DNA from: Paracoccaceae bacterium
GTDB lineage: Bacteria > Pseudomonadota > Alphaproteobacteria > Rhodobacterales > Rhodobacteraceae
Reading direction: 5' to 3'
DNA: 64,000 nucleotides
Assembly (NCBI GenBank): GCA_965267475.1
Contig: OZ254079.1
Location: 1,438,209 to 1,502,208 of the forward strand
The notes under the pieces are model-generated. The model was not told the DNA's origin. It saw only the letters and a list, made by a program, of their open reading frames with translations, and made no database searches. How positions within the stretch are numbered: position 1 is the first letter of the stretch; every line of letters begins with the position of its first letter. Below are positions 9,859 through 19,288 of the stretch, piece by piece. A program made the translations under genes and the position numbers.

Positions 9859-10059
9859 ATGCGAAAAACTCTTGCAGCCATGGGGCTTATTGCGATCCTT
9901 GGGCTATCGGCTTGCGGCGACAACGATCTGGAACGCGGTGCGTCCGGCGCGTTGATCGGTGCGGGCGGCACGGCGCTTCTGGGCGGCAGCGTCGTGGGCG
10001 GCGCGATCATCGGCGGGGCCGCCGGTGTCTTCTGCGACGACTTCACGAACGTCTGTTAG
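9859..10059 (+). CDS. glycine-zipper small lipoprotein (66 aa)
   Basis: MRKTLAAMGLIAILGLSACGDNDLERGASGALIGAGGTALLGGSVVGGAIIGGAAGVFCDDFTNVC, with lipobox LSAC and a GxxxG-rich zipper. The 163-aa track ORF (9568) is an upstream in-frame extension. Confidence 0.7.
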   Translation: MRKTLAAMGLIAILGLSACGDNDLERGASGALIGAGGTALLGGSVVGGAIIGGAAGVFCDDFTNVC

Positions 10060-10158
10060 CGCCCACATCGTTGAAATGATGCGAAAAAGCGCGACGGGGG
10101 CATTCCCCCCGCCGCGTTTTTGTGCGTGATAGGGAGGGACGCCGAACTCGGAGGGGGC

Positions 10159-12252
10159 ATGTTCAAGAAGATCCTGATCGCCAATCGCGGAGAAATTGCC
10201 TGCCGTGTGATGAAAACGGCCAAGAAGATGGGGATCGGGACGGTTGCTTTGTACTCCGATGCCGATGCGGGCGCGCTGCATGTGAAGATGGCCGATGAGG
10301 CCGTGCATATCGGCCCTCCGCCTGCCAACCAGTCCTATATCGTCATCGACAAGGTGATGGCGGCGATCAAGGAAACGGGCGCCGAGGCCGTGCATCCGGG
10401 GTATGGCTTTCTGTCCGAGAACCCGAAATTCGCCGAAGCGCTTGAGGCGGCGGGGGTCGCCTTTATCGGTCCGCCGAAAGGCGCGATCGAGGCCATGGGC
10501 GACAAGATCACATCTAAAAAGATCGCCCAAGACGCCGGTGTCTCGACCGTTCCGGGCTATATGGGCCTGATCGGCGATGCCGAAGAGGCCAAGAAAATCG
10601 CCGGCGAAATCGGCTATCCGGTGATGATCAAGGCCTCTGCCGGGGGCGGCGGCAAGGGCATGCGGATCGCCTGGTCGGAAGATGAGGTGGCCGAGGGGTT
10701 TCAGTCGTCGAAGAACGAAGCGGCGGCATCCTTTGGCGATGACCGGATCTTCATCGAGAAATTCGTGACCCAGCCCCGCCATATCGAAATTCAGGTGCTG
10801 GCCGACAGCCATGGCAACTGCGTCTATCTGGGCGAGCGGGAATGTTCGATCCAGCGCCGAAACCAAAAGGTGATCGAAGAGGCGCCGTCGCCTTTTCTGG
10901 ACGAAGCCACGCGGAAGGCCATGGGCGAACAATCCTGCGCGCTGGCCAAGGCCGTGGGTTATACCTCGGCGGGCACAGTCGAGTTCATCGTCGATGGGGA
11001 CCGGAACTTCTATTTCCTGGAAATGAACACACGTTTGCAGGTCGAACACCCGGTGACGGAACTGATCACCGGCGTTGATCTGGTCGAACAGATGATCCGG
11101 GTCGCCAATGGTGAGGCGCTGTCGATCACCCAATCGGATGTGAAGCTGAACGGCTGGGCGATGGAATCGCGCCTTTATGCCGAAGATCCTTATCGCGGGT
11201 TTTTGCCGTCCATCGGGCGGCTGACGCGGTATCGCCCGCCCGCCGAGACGGAAGGCTACACACCGGGCGTCGTGCCTGATGCGCCGGTCGTGCGGAATGA
11301 CACGGGCGTTTTCGAGGGTGGTGAGATCAGCATGTTCTATGACCCGATGATCGCCAAACTTTGCACCTGGGGGCCCGACCGTGCGGCGGCGATTGAGGGG
11401 ATGCGGGCGGCGCTGGACGCATTCGAAGTCGAAGGGATCGGCCATAATATCCCCTTCCTGTCAGCGGTTTACGACCATCCGAAGTTCATCGCGGGCGATA
11501 TCACGACGGCGTTTATAGCCGAGGAATACCCCGACGGGTTTGAAGGGGTGGAGCTGCCCGAGTTCAGTTTGGCTCAGATCGGCGCGGTGGCGGCGGTCAT
11601 GAAAGCGATCTCACAGGAGAGATCTGCGCTATCAACAGTACGAATGAGTGAGCCTCGTCCAGTTTATGGATATGAAGTCCTTCTACCTTCCGCGAAGTAT
11701 AAGTTCATATGGGACTGCTATCCATACTTCCAGTTTCATGAATTCAAGGACCTTGGGGGGCAGCGGTACTTTCGAACGTTCGTTACAGACCAAACCGGAC
11801 GGAACTTTTCATTCGGTTTGGACTGGTTGCCGGGTGAACAGATGGCGCGCGTCCTAGCGATTGATGCGGAAATGGACGACCTCGACTACGTTGGACCACC
11901 GTTGATGGTGCTGAAGGTCGAACCACGCACCAACGGTTTCCGCATCCGCTATCGTGGTGCCGATCTTGACGTGAAAGTTCTGACTCCACGTCAGGCCGAA
12001 CTTGCCGCCCGCATGCCCGAGAAGGTGGCGCCCGATACCTCAAAACTGCTCCTTTGTCCCATGCCCGGCCTTGTCGTGAAGATCGACGTGGAAGAGGGCC
12101 AGGAAGTGCAGGAAGGCCAAGCGCTCTGCACCGTCGAGGCGATGAAGATGGAAAACATCCTCCGCGCCGAAAAGAAGGGCACAATCGCCAAGATCAACGC
12201 AGCGGCGGGCGACAGCCTGGCCGTCGATGAGGTGATCATGGAGTTTGAGTAG
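10159..12252 (+). CDS. pccA: propionyl-CoA carboxylase alpha (biotin carboxylase/BCCP) subunit
   Basis: MFKKILIANRGEIACRVMKTAKKMGI N-terminus, ATP-grasp GGGGKGMR, and C-terminal biotinyl motif EAMKMEN. RBS ggaggggg. See the finding on the atypical codon patch. Confidence 0.93.
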   Translation: MFKKILIANRGEIACRVMKTAKKMGIGTVALYSDADAGALHVKMADEAVHIGPPPANQSYIVIDKVMAAIKETGAEAVHPGYGFLSENPKFAEALEAAGVAFIGPPKGAIEAMGDKITSKKIAQDAGVSTVPGYMGLIGDAEEAKKIAGEIGYPVMIKASAGGGGKGMRIAWSEDEVAEGFQSSKNEAAASFGDDRIFIEKFVTQPRHIEIQVLADSHGNCVYLGERECSIQRRNQKVIEEAPSPFLDEATRKAMGEQSCALAKAVGYTSAGTVEFIVDGDRNFYFLEMNTRLQVEHPVTELITGVDLVEQMIRVANGEALSITQSDVKLNGWAMESRLYAEDPYRGFLPSIGRLTRYRPPAETEGYTPGVVPDAPVVRNDTGVFEGGEISMFYDPMIAKLCTWGPDRAAAIEGMRAALDAFEVEGIGHNIPFLSAVYDHPKFIAGDITTAFIAEEYPDGFEGVELPEFSLAQIGAVAAVMKAISQERSALSTVRMSEPRPVYGYEVLLPSAKYKFIWDCYPYFQFHEFKDLGGQRYFRTFVTDQTGRNFSFGLDWLPGEQMARVLAIDAEMDDLDYVGPPLMVLKVEPRTNGFRIRYRGADLDVKVLTPRQAELAARMPEKVAPDTSKLLLCPMPGLVVKIDVEEGQEVQEGQALCTVEAMKMENILRAEKKGTIAKINAAAGDSLAVDEVIMEFE

Positions 12253-12265
12253 GTGCCGGTGGCGC

Positions 12266-12745
12266 CTAGCCGCCCGCCCGGATTTCCTGCTGGCGATCTG
12301 GCATTTTATCAATGGAACGGCTGAGTTCTCGGACATCCCAGGCAAAGGGTTTCCGAAGTTTTACCCCGCCATCCTTGCCAATCAGCACCATCATGAAGCC
12401 TCGTGGACGCAATTTCGTGCGGATATCCGACCGTCCGGCGGGGTCCGTGTCGGTGATGATCACCACGTCACGCTCCAAAAGCGGGTCGGGCCGTTCGTCC
12501 AAAAGCTCAATCTGTTCGCGGAACCGCGGGTCGGCCGGTGTATCGGCAAAGACGACAATGGGTCGGGCAAGCCATTGAAAATCCTGCAAGTTCACGTCCG
12601 CCGCTTCAAAGCGAAGCGACGGGTCTTCTTGCCATTGGGCCACGGGATTCGGCGCTTCCGCGCCTTCGGCAGCCGCATCGGCGGCCCAAATCGGCTGAGA
12701 AAGCGCGAAAATCCCCAAAATGGCAGCAATTATCGGTGTGCGCAT
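12266..12745 (-). CDS. DUF4174-like periplasmic protein
   Basis: Signal peptide MRTPIIAAILGIFALSQPIWA. The body (RPIVVFADTP...ERDVVIITD...MVLIGKDGGVKLR) resembles DUF4174 as I recall it. Confidence 0.6.
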   Translation of the reverse strand: MRTPIIAAILGIFALSQPIWAADAAAEGAEAPNPVAQWQEDPSLRFEAADVNLQDFQWLARPIVVFADTPADPRFREQIELLDERPDPLLERDVVIITDTDPAGRSDIRTKLRPRGFMMVLIGKDGGVKLRKPFAWDVRELSRSIDKMPDRQQEIRAGG

Positions 12746-12846
12746 GCATCCTCCAGTTCCTTCAGATATAGGTCAGCATTGAAAAGATGCGAAGATGGAA
12801 AGGGCGCGTTATCACGTCCCCGTGTGATCGCCCGGGAAGATTGCCA

Positions 12847-14979
12847 ATGACCGATTGGAAAAAACTGGCCGAAAAAGAGCTTCGGGGCCGTCCGCTGGAT
12901 GACCTGACATGGGAGACGCTTGAGGGGATCGACGTCAAACCGCTTTATACGGCGGACGATACGGCCGATCTGGCCCATATGGACGGTGTGCCGGGATTTG
13001 CGCCCTTCACGCGGGGTGTCAGGGCAACGATGTATACCGGGCGGCCCTGGACGATCCGGCAATATGCGGGGTTCTCGACGGCAGAGGAATCGAACGCGTT
13101 TTATCGCAAGGCCTTGGAGGCCGGGCAGCAAGGCGTATCGGTCGCCTTCGATCTGGCGACCCATCGGGGCTATGACAGCGATCACGACCGGGTCGTCGGC
13201 GATGTGGGCAAGGCGGGGGTCGCGATCGACAGCGTCGAAGACATGAAGATCCTGTTCGACGGGATCCCCTTGGACAAGATCAGCGTGTCGATGACGATGA
13301 ACGGGGCTGTCATCCCGGTTCTCGCATCCTTCATCGTGGCGGGCGAGGAACAGGGCGTGGATCGCGCCGCCCTGTCGGGCACCATTCAGAACGATATTCT
13401 GAAAGAGTTCATGGTGCGGAACACCTATGTCTATCCGCCTGAGCCTTCGATGCGGATTGTGGCCGATATCATCGAATACACCGCCGCCGAGATGCCCAAG
13501 TTCAACTCGATTTCAATCTCGGGCTATCACATGCAGGAAGCGGGCGCGAACCTGGTGCAGGAACTTGGGTTTACCCTGGCGGACGGGCGCGAATATGTCC
13601 GCACGGCCATCGCGCGCGGCATGGATGTCGACAAGTTTGCACCGCGCCTGTCGTTCTTTTTCGCCATCGGCATGAATTTTTTCATGGAGGCGGCCAAGCT
13701 GCGTGCGGCGCGCCTTCTCTGGTCGCGGATCATGGAGGAATTCGACCCGAAGGATCCCCGGTCTTCGATGCTGCGCACCCATTGCCAGACATCCGGGGTC
13801 AGTCTGCAGGAGCAGGACCCCTATAACAATGTGATCCGCACGGCCTATGAGGCGATGTCGGCGGTCCTCGGCGGGACCCAGTCGCTGCATACCAATGCTT
13901 TGGACGAAGCCATTGCGCTGCCGACCGAGTTCTCCGCTCGGATCGCGCGGAACACGCAGCTGATCCTTCAGGAAGAAACCGGCATCACCAATGTCGTCGA
14001 TCCGTTGGCCGGCTCCTACTTTGTCGAAAGCCTGACGGCGGACCTGGCCGAAAAGGCCTGGGCGCTGATCGAAGAGGTGGAGGCGATGGGCGGCATGACC
14101 AAGGCTGTGGCCTCTGGCATGCCCAAACTTCGGATCGAGGAAACAGCCGCGCGGCGGCAAGCCATGATCGACCGGGGCGACGAGGTGATCGTTGGCGTCA
14201 ACAAGTACCGCAAAGACGCCGAGGACCCGATCGATATCCTCGATGTCGATAACGTCGCGGTCCGCGAGGCGCAGGTGGCGAAACTGGCGCGCATCCGGGG
14301 GACCCGCGATGCGGCGGCCTGCGAAGGCGCCCTTGCGGCGCTTGAGCAGGGCGCCACCACTGGCACGGGAAATCTTCTGGCGTTGGCGGTTGAAGCGGCG
14401 CGGGCCCGGGCCACGGTGGGTGAAATCTCGACAGCGATGGAAAACGCCTTCGGGCGGCACAGGGCAGAGGTGAAGACATTGGCAGGGGTGTACGGGTCCG
14501 CCTATGAGGGCGACGCAGGGTTCGAAGCGATCCAGAAAGATGTCGAGGCTTTTGCAGCGGCGGAGGGACGCAGGCCCCGCATGCTGGTTGTCAAAATGGG
14601 TCAGGATGGCCATGACCGGGGCGCCAAGGTCATCGCAACGGCCTTTGCCGATATCGGATTTGATGTTGATGTGGGTCCCTTGTTCCAGACCCCGGACGAG
14701 GCCGCGCAGGATGCCATCGATAATGATGTGCATGTGGTGGGCATTTCGTCCCAGGCGGCTGGACACAAGACGCTGGCACCCAAGCTGATCGAGGCGCTGA
14801 AAGCGCAAGGCGCAGGCGATATTCTGGTCATTTGCGGCGGTGTGATCCCACAGCAGGACTATGACTTCCTGAAAGGGGCCGGTGTCAGCGCGATCTTCGG
14901 CCCGGGCACGAATATCCCCGAAGCGGCGCGCGAAATCCTCGATCTCATCCGTGCGGCGCGTCCAAAAGCCGCCGAATAG
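12847..14979 (+). CDS. scpA: methylmalonyl-CoA mutase (single-chain, B12-dependent)
   Basis: 710 aa from [41 protein letters not shown] motif and the C-terminal B12-binding DxHxxG motif ([10 protein letters not shown]). Confidence 0.93.
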   Translation: MTDWKKLAEKELRGRPLDDLTWETLEGIDVKPLYTADDTADLAHMDGVPGFAPFTRGVRATMYTGRPWTIRQYAGFSTAEESNAFYRKALEAGQQGVSVAFDLATHRGYDSDHDRVVGDVGKAGVAIDSVEDMKILFDGIPLDKISVSMTMNGAVIPVLASFIVAGEEQGVDRAALSGTIQNDILKEFMVRNTYVYPPEPSMRIVADIIEYTAAEMPKFNSISISGYHMQEAGANLVQELGFTLADGREYVRTAIARGMDVDKFAPRLSFFFAIGMNFFMEAAKLRAARLLWSRIMEEFDPKDPRSSMLRTHCQTSGVSLQEQDPYNNVIRTAYEAMSAVLGGTQSLHTNALDEAIALPTEFSARIARNTQLILQEETGITNVVDPLAGSYFVESLTADLAEKAWALIEEVEAMGGMTKAVASGMPKLRIEETAARRQAMIDRGDEVIVGVNKYRKDAEDPIDILDVDNVAVREAQVAKLARIRGTRDAAACEGALAALEQGATTGTGNLLALAVEAARARATVGEISTAMENAFGRHRAEVKTLAGVYGSAYEGDAGFEAIQKDVEAFAAAEGRRPRMLVVKMGQDGHDRGAKVIATAFADIGFDVDVGPLFQTPDEAAQDAIDNDVHVVGISSQAAGHKTLAPKLIEALKAQGAGDILVICGGVIPQQDYDFLKGAGVSAIFGPGTNIPEAAREILDLIRAARPKAAE

Positions 14980-15016
14980 GTCCACTGCCAACTTGGAACC
15001 TTGAAAAAGCCCTGCC

Positions 15017-15928
15017 ATGGTTGCCGCCAAGGCAATGGGGGTGGCCATGGGCGACAGAATTGGTTTCATCGGGTTGGGCGACATGGGGGTTCCCATGGCG
15101 GGGTGTCTGGCCGATGCAGGGCTGACCCCGCTTCTTTGGGCAAGACGACCGGAAAGTGCCACTCCGCTGCTGGCGCGTGGCGCGGAGCGCGCTGAAACGG
15201 TTGATGATCTCTTCGCTGCCTGTGACCGGGTGGTGCTGATGCTCGCCAACGGCGCGGCCATGGATCAGGTGCTTGGGCGCCGCACGGATGCGTTCAAGAT
15301 CCATGTCGCGGGCCACATAATCATCCATATGGGCACCACGCCGCCGGAGTATTCCGAAGCGCTTGGGCAGGATATCGCGGTGGCAGGCGGCCACTATGCC
15401 GAGGTTCCCGTCTCTGGCTCGACCGGGCCCGCCGCGACCGGCGATCTGGTCGCCATGGCTGCGGGCGAACCGGACGTTCTGGACAGCATCAAGGACGTCA
15501 TCGCGCCCATGTGCCGGGCGACCGTACCTTGCGGCGCGGTTCCCAAGGCGCTGCAAATGAAGCTGGCTGTGAACACCTATCTTTGCGGCCTGGTGACGGG
15601 TCTGTTTGAGGCGTTCAATATGGCCCGCCATGCTGATCTTGACCTGGAAACGCTGGCAAAGATCCTCGAAGCCGGGCCGATGAACTGCGATCTGATGCGC
15701 ATGAAGCTTCCGAAGCTCATCCATGAAGACTATGCCCCGCAAGGCAGCATCCGGCAGGCGGTGAATAACACCACAATGATCGTCAACGAAGGCAAACGGG
15801 TGGGCGCGGCGATGCCCACGACCGAGGTCATGCTGGCGCTTGTGCAAGAGGCCTTCGCCGCAGGCTGGGAAAACGAAGATATGGCTGCTGTCACGAAGGC
15901 GCTTGCGGCGCGCACGGCCAAGGCCTGA
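15017..15928 (+). CDS. NAD(P)-dependent oxidoreductase, 3-hydroxyisobutyrate/6-phosphogluconate dehydrogenase-like
   Basis: IGFIGLGDMGVPMAGCL dinucleotide-binding motif near the N-terminus. About 290-300 aa. The start may be an internal Met (MGDRIGF). Confidence 0.75.
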   Translation: MVAAKAMGVAMGDRIGFIGLGDMGVPMAGCLADAGLTPLLWARRPESATPLLARGAERAETVDDLFAACDRVVLMLANGAAMDQVLGRRTDAFKIHVAGHIIIHMGTTPPEYSEALGQDIAVAGGHYAEVPVSGSTGPAATGDLVAMAAGEPDVLDSIKDVIAPMCRATVPCGAVPKALQMKLAVNTYLCGLVTGLFEAFNMARHADLDLETLAKILEAGPMNCDLMRMKLPKLIHEDYAPQGSIRQAVNNTTMIVNEGKRVGAAMPTTEVMLALVQEAFAAGWENEDMAAVTKALAARTAKA

Positions 15929-15931
15929 GCC

Positions 15932-16657
15932 ATGGCGTTGTCGCTTGGTATGCTGGGAGACCATCCCATTTACGGCCCGGCCGAAGGCTCCGAATTGCCG
16001 GGCGTTGTCATCCTGCACGGATCCGAAGGGCCCTGGGGCGGGTGGTCGCATCGGTTTGCCGCCATCCTTGCAGCGCACGGGTATCTGGCCGTGCCCCACG
16101 GCTATGGCGAAGGCGATGTCTGGAACGCGGGCAACATTCACGAAGTCGACCTGACCCGGGTTCTACGCACCGGGCGGGATCTGGCCGCGCACCCCCGCTG
16201 CCGGTCAGTCGGCTTGTTCGGATGGTCCCGGGGCGGCGAGGCCACCATGCATATCGCGGTTTTGGCCGGGCCGGATACGCCCTTTGCAGCCTATGCCGCG
16301 CATGCCCCTGCGGATCGCGTCGTCCCGGCCTTCGATGCCGGCGTCTTGCAAGGTCGTCCCCGCGCTTTGGTGGAAGGCGCGCGCGCCTGGGTCTGGCCCG
16401 GTGCCGAGGACGCGCTGGCCCCTGGCAGCGCCATCGAGATCGAACGGTGCCCCAGGCCCATCTTCCTGTCCGTCGGAACCGAGGATCAGGTCTGGGATCC
16501 GGACATGACCCGCAACCTGGCCCGCCGTCTGACCGAAGCGGGCCGTGACCCCGACGTTTTCATCGCGGAAGGACAAGGCCACGGCTTTGCCTTTGACCGC
16601 GAATGGGAACTCTGGGATCGTCTTACTGCATTTTTTGGGAAACATTTGGAGGGATAG
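15932..16657 (+). CDS. alpha/beta hydrolase (dienelactone hydrolase/BAAT C-terminal-like)
   Basis: GWSRGG nucleophile elbow, late EDQVWD and GQGHGF (Asp/His) motifs. Confidence 0.65.
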   Translation: MALSLGMLGDHPIYGPAEGSELPGVVILHGSEGPWGGWSHRFAAILAAHGYLAVPHGYGEGDVWNAGNIHEVDLTRVLRTGRDLAAHPRCRSVGLFGWSRGGEATMHIAVLAGPDTPFAAYAAHAPADRVVPAFDAGVLQGRPRALVEGARAWVWPGAEDALAPGSAIEIERCPRPIFLSVGTEDQVWDPDMTRNLARRLTEAGRDPDVFIAEGQGHGFAFDREWELWDRLTAFFGKHLEG

Positions 16658-16659
16658 CC

Positions 16660-17022
16660 ATGGCTGGCCAGGTCACTGGATTGGGCGGCGTCTTCTTTCG
16701 CGCACAGGATCCGGATGCGTTAAGTGCTTGGTACAAGACGCATTTCGGGATCGATGCAGGTGAGTTCTGGGCGCAGGCCCAGGGCCAGGCGGTGTTGGGT
16801 GTCTTCAAGTCCACCACCGATTACTTCCACCCGGACAAGCAATGGATGATGAATTTCCGGGTCGATGATCTGGCCGCCATCACCGAACGGCTTCAGGCCG
16901 CCGGGATCGCCATCCGCAAGGATGACGACTGGGATATGCCTGGGATTGGCAAGTTTGCCCGGATCACGGACCCCGAGGGCAATGAAGTTGAACTCTGGGA
17001 ACCTGCGCCCGAGGCCATGTAA
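16660..17022 (+). CDS. VOC (glyoxalase/bleomycin resistance) family protein
   Basis: 120 aa from MAGQVTGLGGVFFRAQDPDALSAWY...DPEGNEVELWEP. RBS ggaggga. It starts 3 nt after the upstream stop. Confidence 0.7.
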   Translation: MAGQVTGLGGVFFRAQDPDALSAWYKTHFGIDAGEFWAQAQGQAVLGVFKSTTDYFHPDKQWMMNFRVDDLAAITERLQAAGIAIRKDDDWDMPGIGKFARITDPEGNEVELWEPAPEAM

Positions 17023-17034
17023 GGACCACCCGAC

Positions 17035-17541
17035 GTGACGCCGCGCCTTTACACTCCCGATGATGTGCCGGGGATTCTTGAGATCTGGAACCGTACCATC
17101 CGCGACACGCTCGCCACGTTTCGGGCGGTCGCGTTCTCGGACGCGCAATTGACCGATCTTCTGGCCAGCCGTGCTGACGCTGGGTTTGCGACATTCGTTG
17201 TGGGCGATGGAACGGTCGATGGCTTCGTGACCTATGCGCAGTTTCGCGGTGGGGACGGGTACCGGCACACAACCGAACATACGATCCTGTTGAATGAGGC
17301 CATCCGGGGCAAAGGGGGCGGGCGGGCCCTGATGGCGGCCATGGAGGGCCACGCGGCGGCGCGCGGAATTCATTCGAATTTTGCGGTCGTGTCCTCGGCC
17401 AATCCCGCCGCCGTCACGTTCCACGAGCGTCTGGGCTATGCCGAACAGGCCATTTTGCCGGAAGTGGGCCGCAAATGGGACCGCTGGCTTGATGCCCATC
17501 TGATGCAAAAACGCCTGTCAGGCCCGGCAGGCGCAGGGTAA
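17035..17541 (+). CDS. GNAT family N-acetyltransferase (PAT/YncA-like)
   Basis: GTG start. The RGKGGGRALMAAM acetyl-CoA loop (R/Q-x-x-G-x-G/A) and overall length resemble phosphinothricin/amino-acid N-acetyltransferases. Confidence 0.75.
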   Translation: MTPRLYTPDDVPGILEIWNRTIRDTLATFRAVAFSDAQLTDLLASRADAGFATFVVGDGTVDGFVTYAQFRGGDGYRHTTEHTILLNEAIRGKGGGRALMAAMEGHAAARGIHSNFAVVSSANPAAVTFHERLGYAEQAILPEVGRKWDRWLDAHLMQKRLSGPAGAG

Positions 17542-17551
17542 GGTCCGGGCC

Positions 17552-18235
17552 ATGTCGATATGGTCCCGCATTGCAGACGCACTGTCTGCCCTGACCTCGG
17601 GCGAGCCCCTCTCGGAGGTGTTTGAGCGTCTGCGCACGCCGCCGGAACGCAGTGTGGCTTTCGCCATCGCGGTGATTGCGCTGGGCGCCAAGATGGCCAA
17701 GGCCGACGGGCAGGTGACGCGGGACGAAGTGACCGCTTTTCGCGAAATCTTTCACATCCCCAAGGAAGAAGAGCAGAACGCCGCACGGGTGTTCAACATG
17801 GCGCGCACCGATGTCGCGGGCTTTGAGATCTATGCAAATCGGATCCACGACATGTTCGGGAAGGGCGATCCGGCGCTTTCCGACTTGCTTGAGGGGCTGT
17901 TTCACATCGCATTGGCGGATGGAACCTATCACCCTGCCGAAGACGATTTCCTGCATCATGTCAGTGATATATTCGAGATCCCAGAACGCGAATTCCGGGC
18001 CTTGCGGACCCGCTTCGTGCCGGATGCCGCGCCGGACCCATGGGACGTTCTGGGCGTCGACCCGCAGACGCCAATTGAGGAGGTGCGCAAGGCCTGGCGC
18101 GCCCTTGTGCGTGAGACGCATCCCGACCGGATGATGGCGCGGGGCGTGCCGGAAGAAGCCGTCAAGCTGGCCGAGAAACGCCTGATCGCCATCAATCGGG
18201 CCTGGGAAGAGATCTCGGAAGGCCGTGCCGCCTGA
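17552..18235 (+). CDS. TerB-like domain / C-terminal J-domain co-chaperone (DjlA-like, no TM)
   Basis: KMAKADGQVTRDEVTAF and IALADGTYHPAEDDFL tellurite-resistance TerB-type repeats. C-terminal J domain DPWDVLGVDPQTPIEEVRKAWRALVRETHPDR (HPD motif). Confidence 0.8.
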   Translation: MSIWSRIADALSALTSGEPLSEVFERLRTPPERSVAFAIAVIALGAKMAKADGQVTRDEVTAFREIFHIPKEEEQNAARVFNMARTDVAGFEIYANRIHDMFGKGDPALSDLLEGLFHIALADGTYHPAEDDFLHHVSDIFEIPEREFRALRTRFVPDAAPDPWDVLGVDPQTPIEEVRKAWRALVRETHPDRMMARGVPEEAVKLAEKRLIAINRAWEEISEGRAA

Positions 18236-19251
18236 TGCGGATCGCAACGTACAATGTCGAATGGTTTTCGAACCTTTTCGACGATGACGGCGCGCTTCTT
18301 GATGACCAGAACTGGTCCGGCCGGCACGACGTGCGGCGCGCCGATCAGATCGCGGCGCTGGGCGCGGTCTTTCAGGAAATTGACGCCGACGCTGTCATGG
18401 TGATCGAAGCGCCCGACAGCCATCGAAAGCGGTCAGGTGTGCAGGCCCTTGAAACCTTTGCGAAGCGCTTCGGCCTGAGGACATCGCGCGCAATCGACGG
18501 TTTCGTCAATGACACCCAGCAGGAAATCGCACTTCTGTTCGATCCCGGTATTCTGAGTGCGGTTCATGACCCGCAAGGCGGGACAGCGACGGGCGACGAC
18601 GCGCCGCGCTTCGACGAAAGCTTTTCCATCGACCTCGATATAGATGCGACACCGGATCGGGTCCGCTGGTCGAAGCCGCCCTTGGAACTGGCCGTCGAAA
18701 CCACCTCTGGTCAGACACTTCGGATGATCGGTGTACATGCCAAATCGAAAGCGCCACATGGCGCGCGCAGCGCGGACGCGATCATGCGCGTGTCCATCGC
18801 GAACCGCCGCAAGCAACTGGCGCAATGCATCTGGCTGCGCCGCCGCGTCGACCAGCATCTTGAGGCCGGAGACAATCTGATCGTGCTTGGCGACTTCAAC
18901 GACGGGCCCGGTCTTGATGAATATGAGCGGCTGTTCGGACGCTCGGGCGTCGAGATCGTGATCGGTGAAGAGGGCCACGAGCAATTGTTCGATCCCCATG
19001 CGCGCCAGGCCATGACGCAGCGGATCGGCCATGTCCGGACAACCGCGCGTTTTTATCAGGCCGACACGGGTCGGTACATTCAGGCCCTTTTGGATTATAT
19101 AATGATTTCAAAAGGTTTGCGATCAAAACGACCGGAATGGCGGATCTGGCACCCATTCGACGATGCGGCCTGTTATGACTGTCCGAACCTGCGCGACGCG
19201 CTATTGACGGCCTCAGACCATTTCCCGGTGACGCTGGATCTTGAGCTTTAG
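18235..19251 (+). CDS. endonuclease/exonuclease/phosphatase (EEP) family protein
   Basis: MRIATYNVEWF N-terminus, IVLGDFND and a C-terminal SDHFPV motif. The ATG shares one nucleotide with the upstream TGA. Confidence 0.8.
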   Translation: MRIATYNVEWFSNLFDDDGALLDDQNWSGRHDVRRADQIAALGAVFQEIDADAVMVIEAPDSHRKRSGVQALETFAKRFGLRTSRAIDGFVNDTQQEIALLFDPGILSAVHDPQGGTATGDDAPRFDESFSIDLDIDATPDRVRWSKPPLELAVETTSGQTLRMIGVHAKSKAPHGARSADAIMRVSIANRRKQLAQCIWLRRRVDQHLEAGDNLIVLGDFNDGPGLDEYERLFGRSGVEIVIGEEGHEQLFDPHARQAMTQRIGHVRTTARFYQADTGRYIQALLDYIMISKGLRSKRPEWRIWHPFDDAACYDCPNLRDALLTASDHFPVTLDLEL

Positions 19252-19288
19252 CCTTAACGGATGGGTTCGCTCGGCGTATGATGGTCGC

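Noticed and set aside
9904-11445. 513-aa ORF antisense to pccA. Similar long antisense ORFs include 13513-15261 (antisense to the mutase), 39665-41242 (antisense to parE), 14945-16141, 50828-51931, 5606-6631, 19697-20887, 21102-22085, 24269-25264, 45586-46542 and 47505-48347.
   Set aside because: Each lies opposite a gene with unmistakable family motifs. Their translations are Arg/Gly/Pro/His-rich low-complexity strings with no motifs. Such shadow ORFs are expected from stop-codon depletion in high-GC DNA.
16660-17022. Considered the VOC protein as the missing methylmalonyl-CoA epimerase of the pcc/mutase cluster.
   Set aside because: The sequence does not resemble the epimerase N-terminus or metal-ligand pattern as I remember it. 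It is separated from the mutase by two unrelated genes. I left it as a generic VOC protein.
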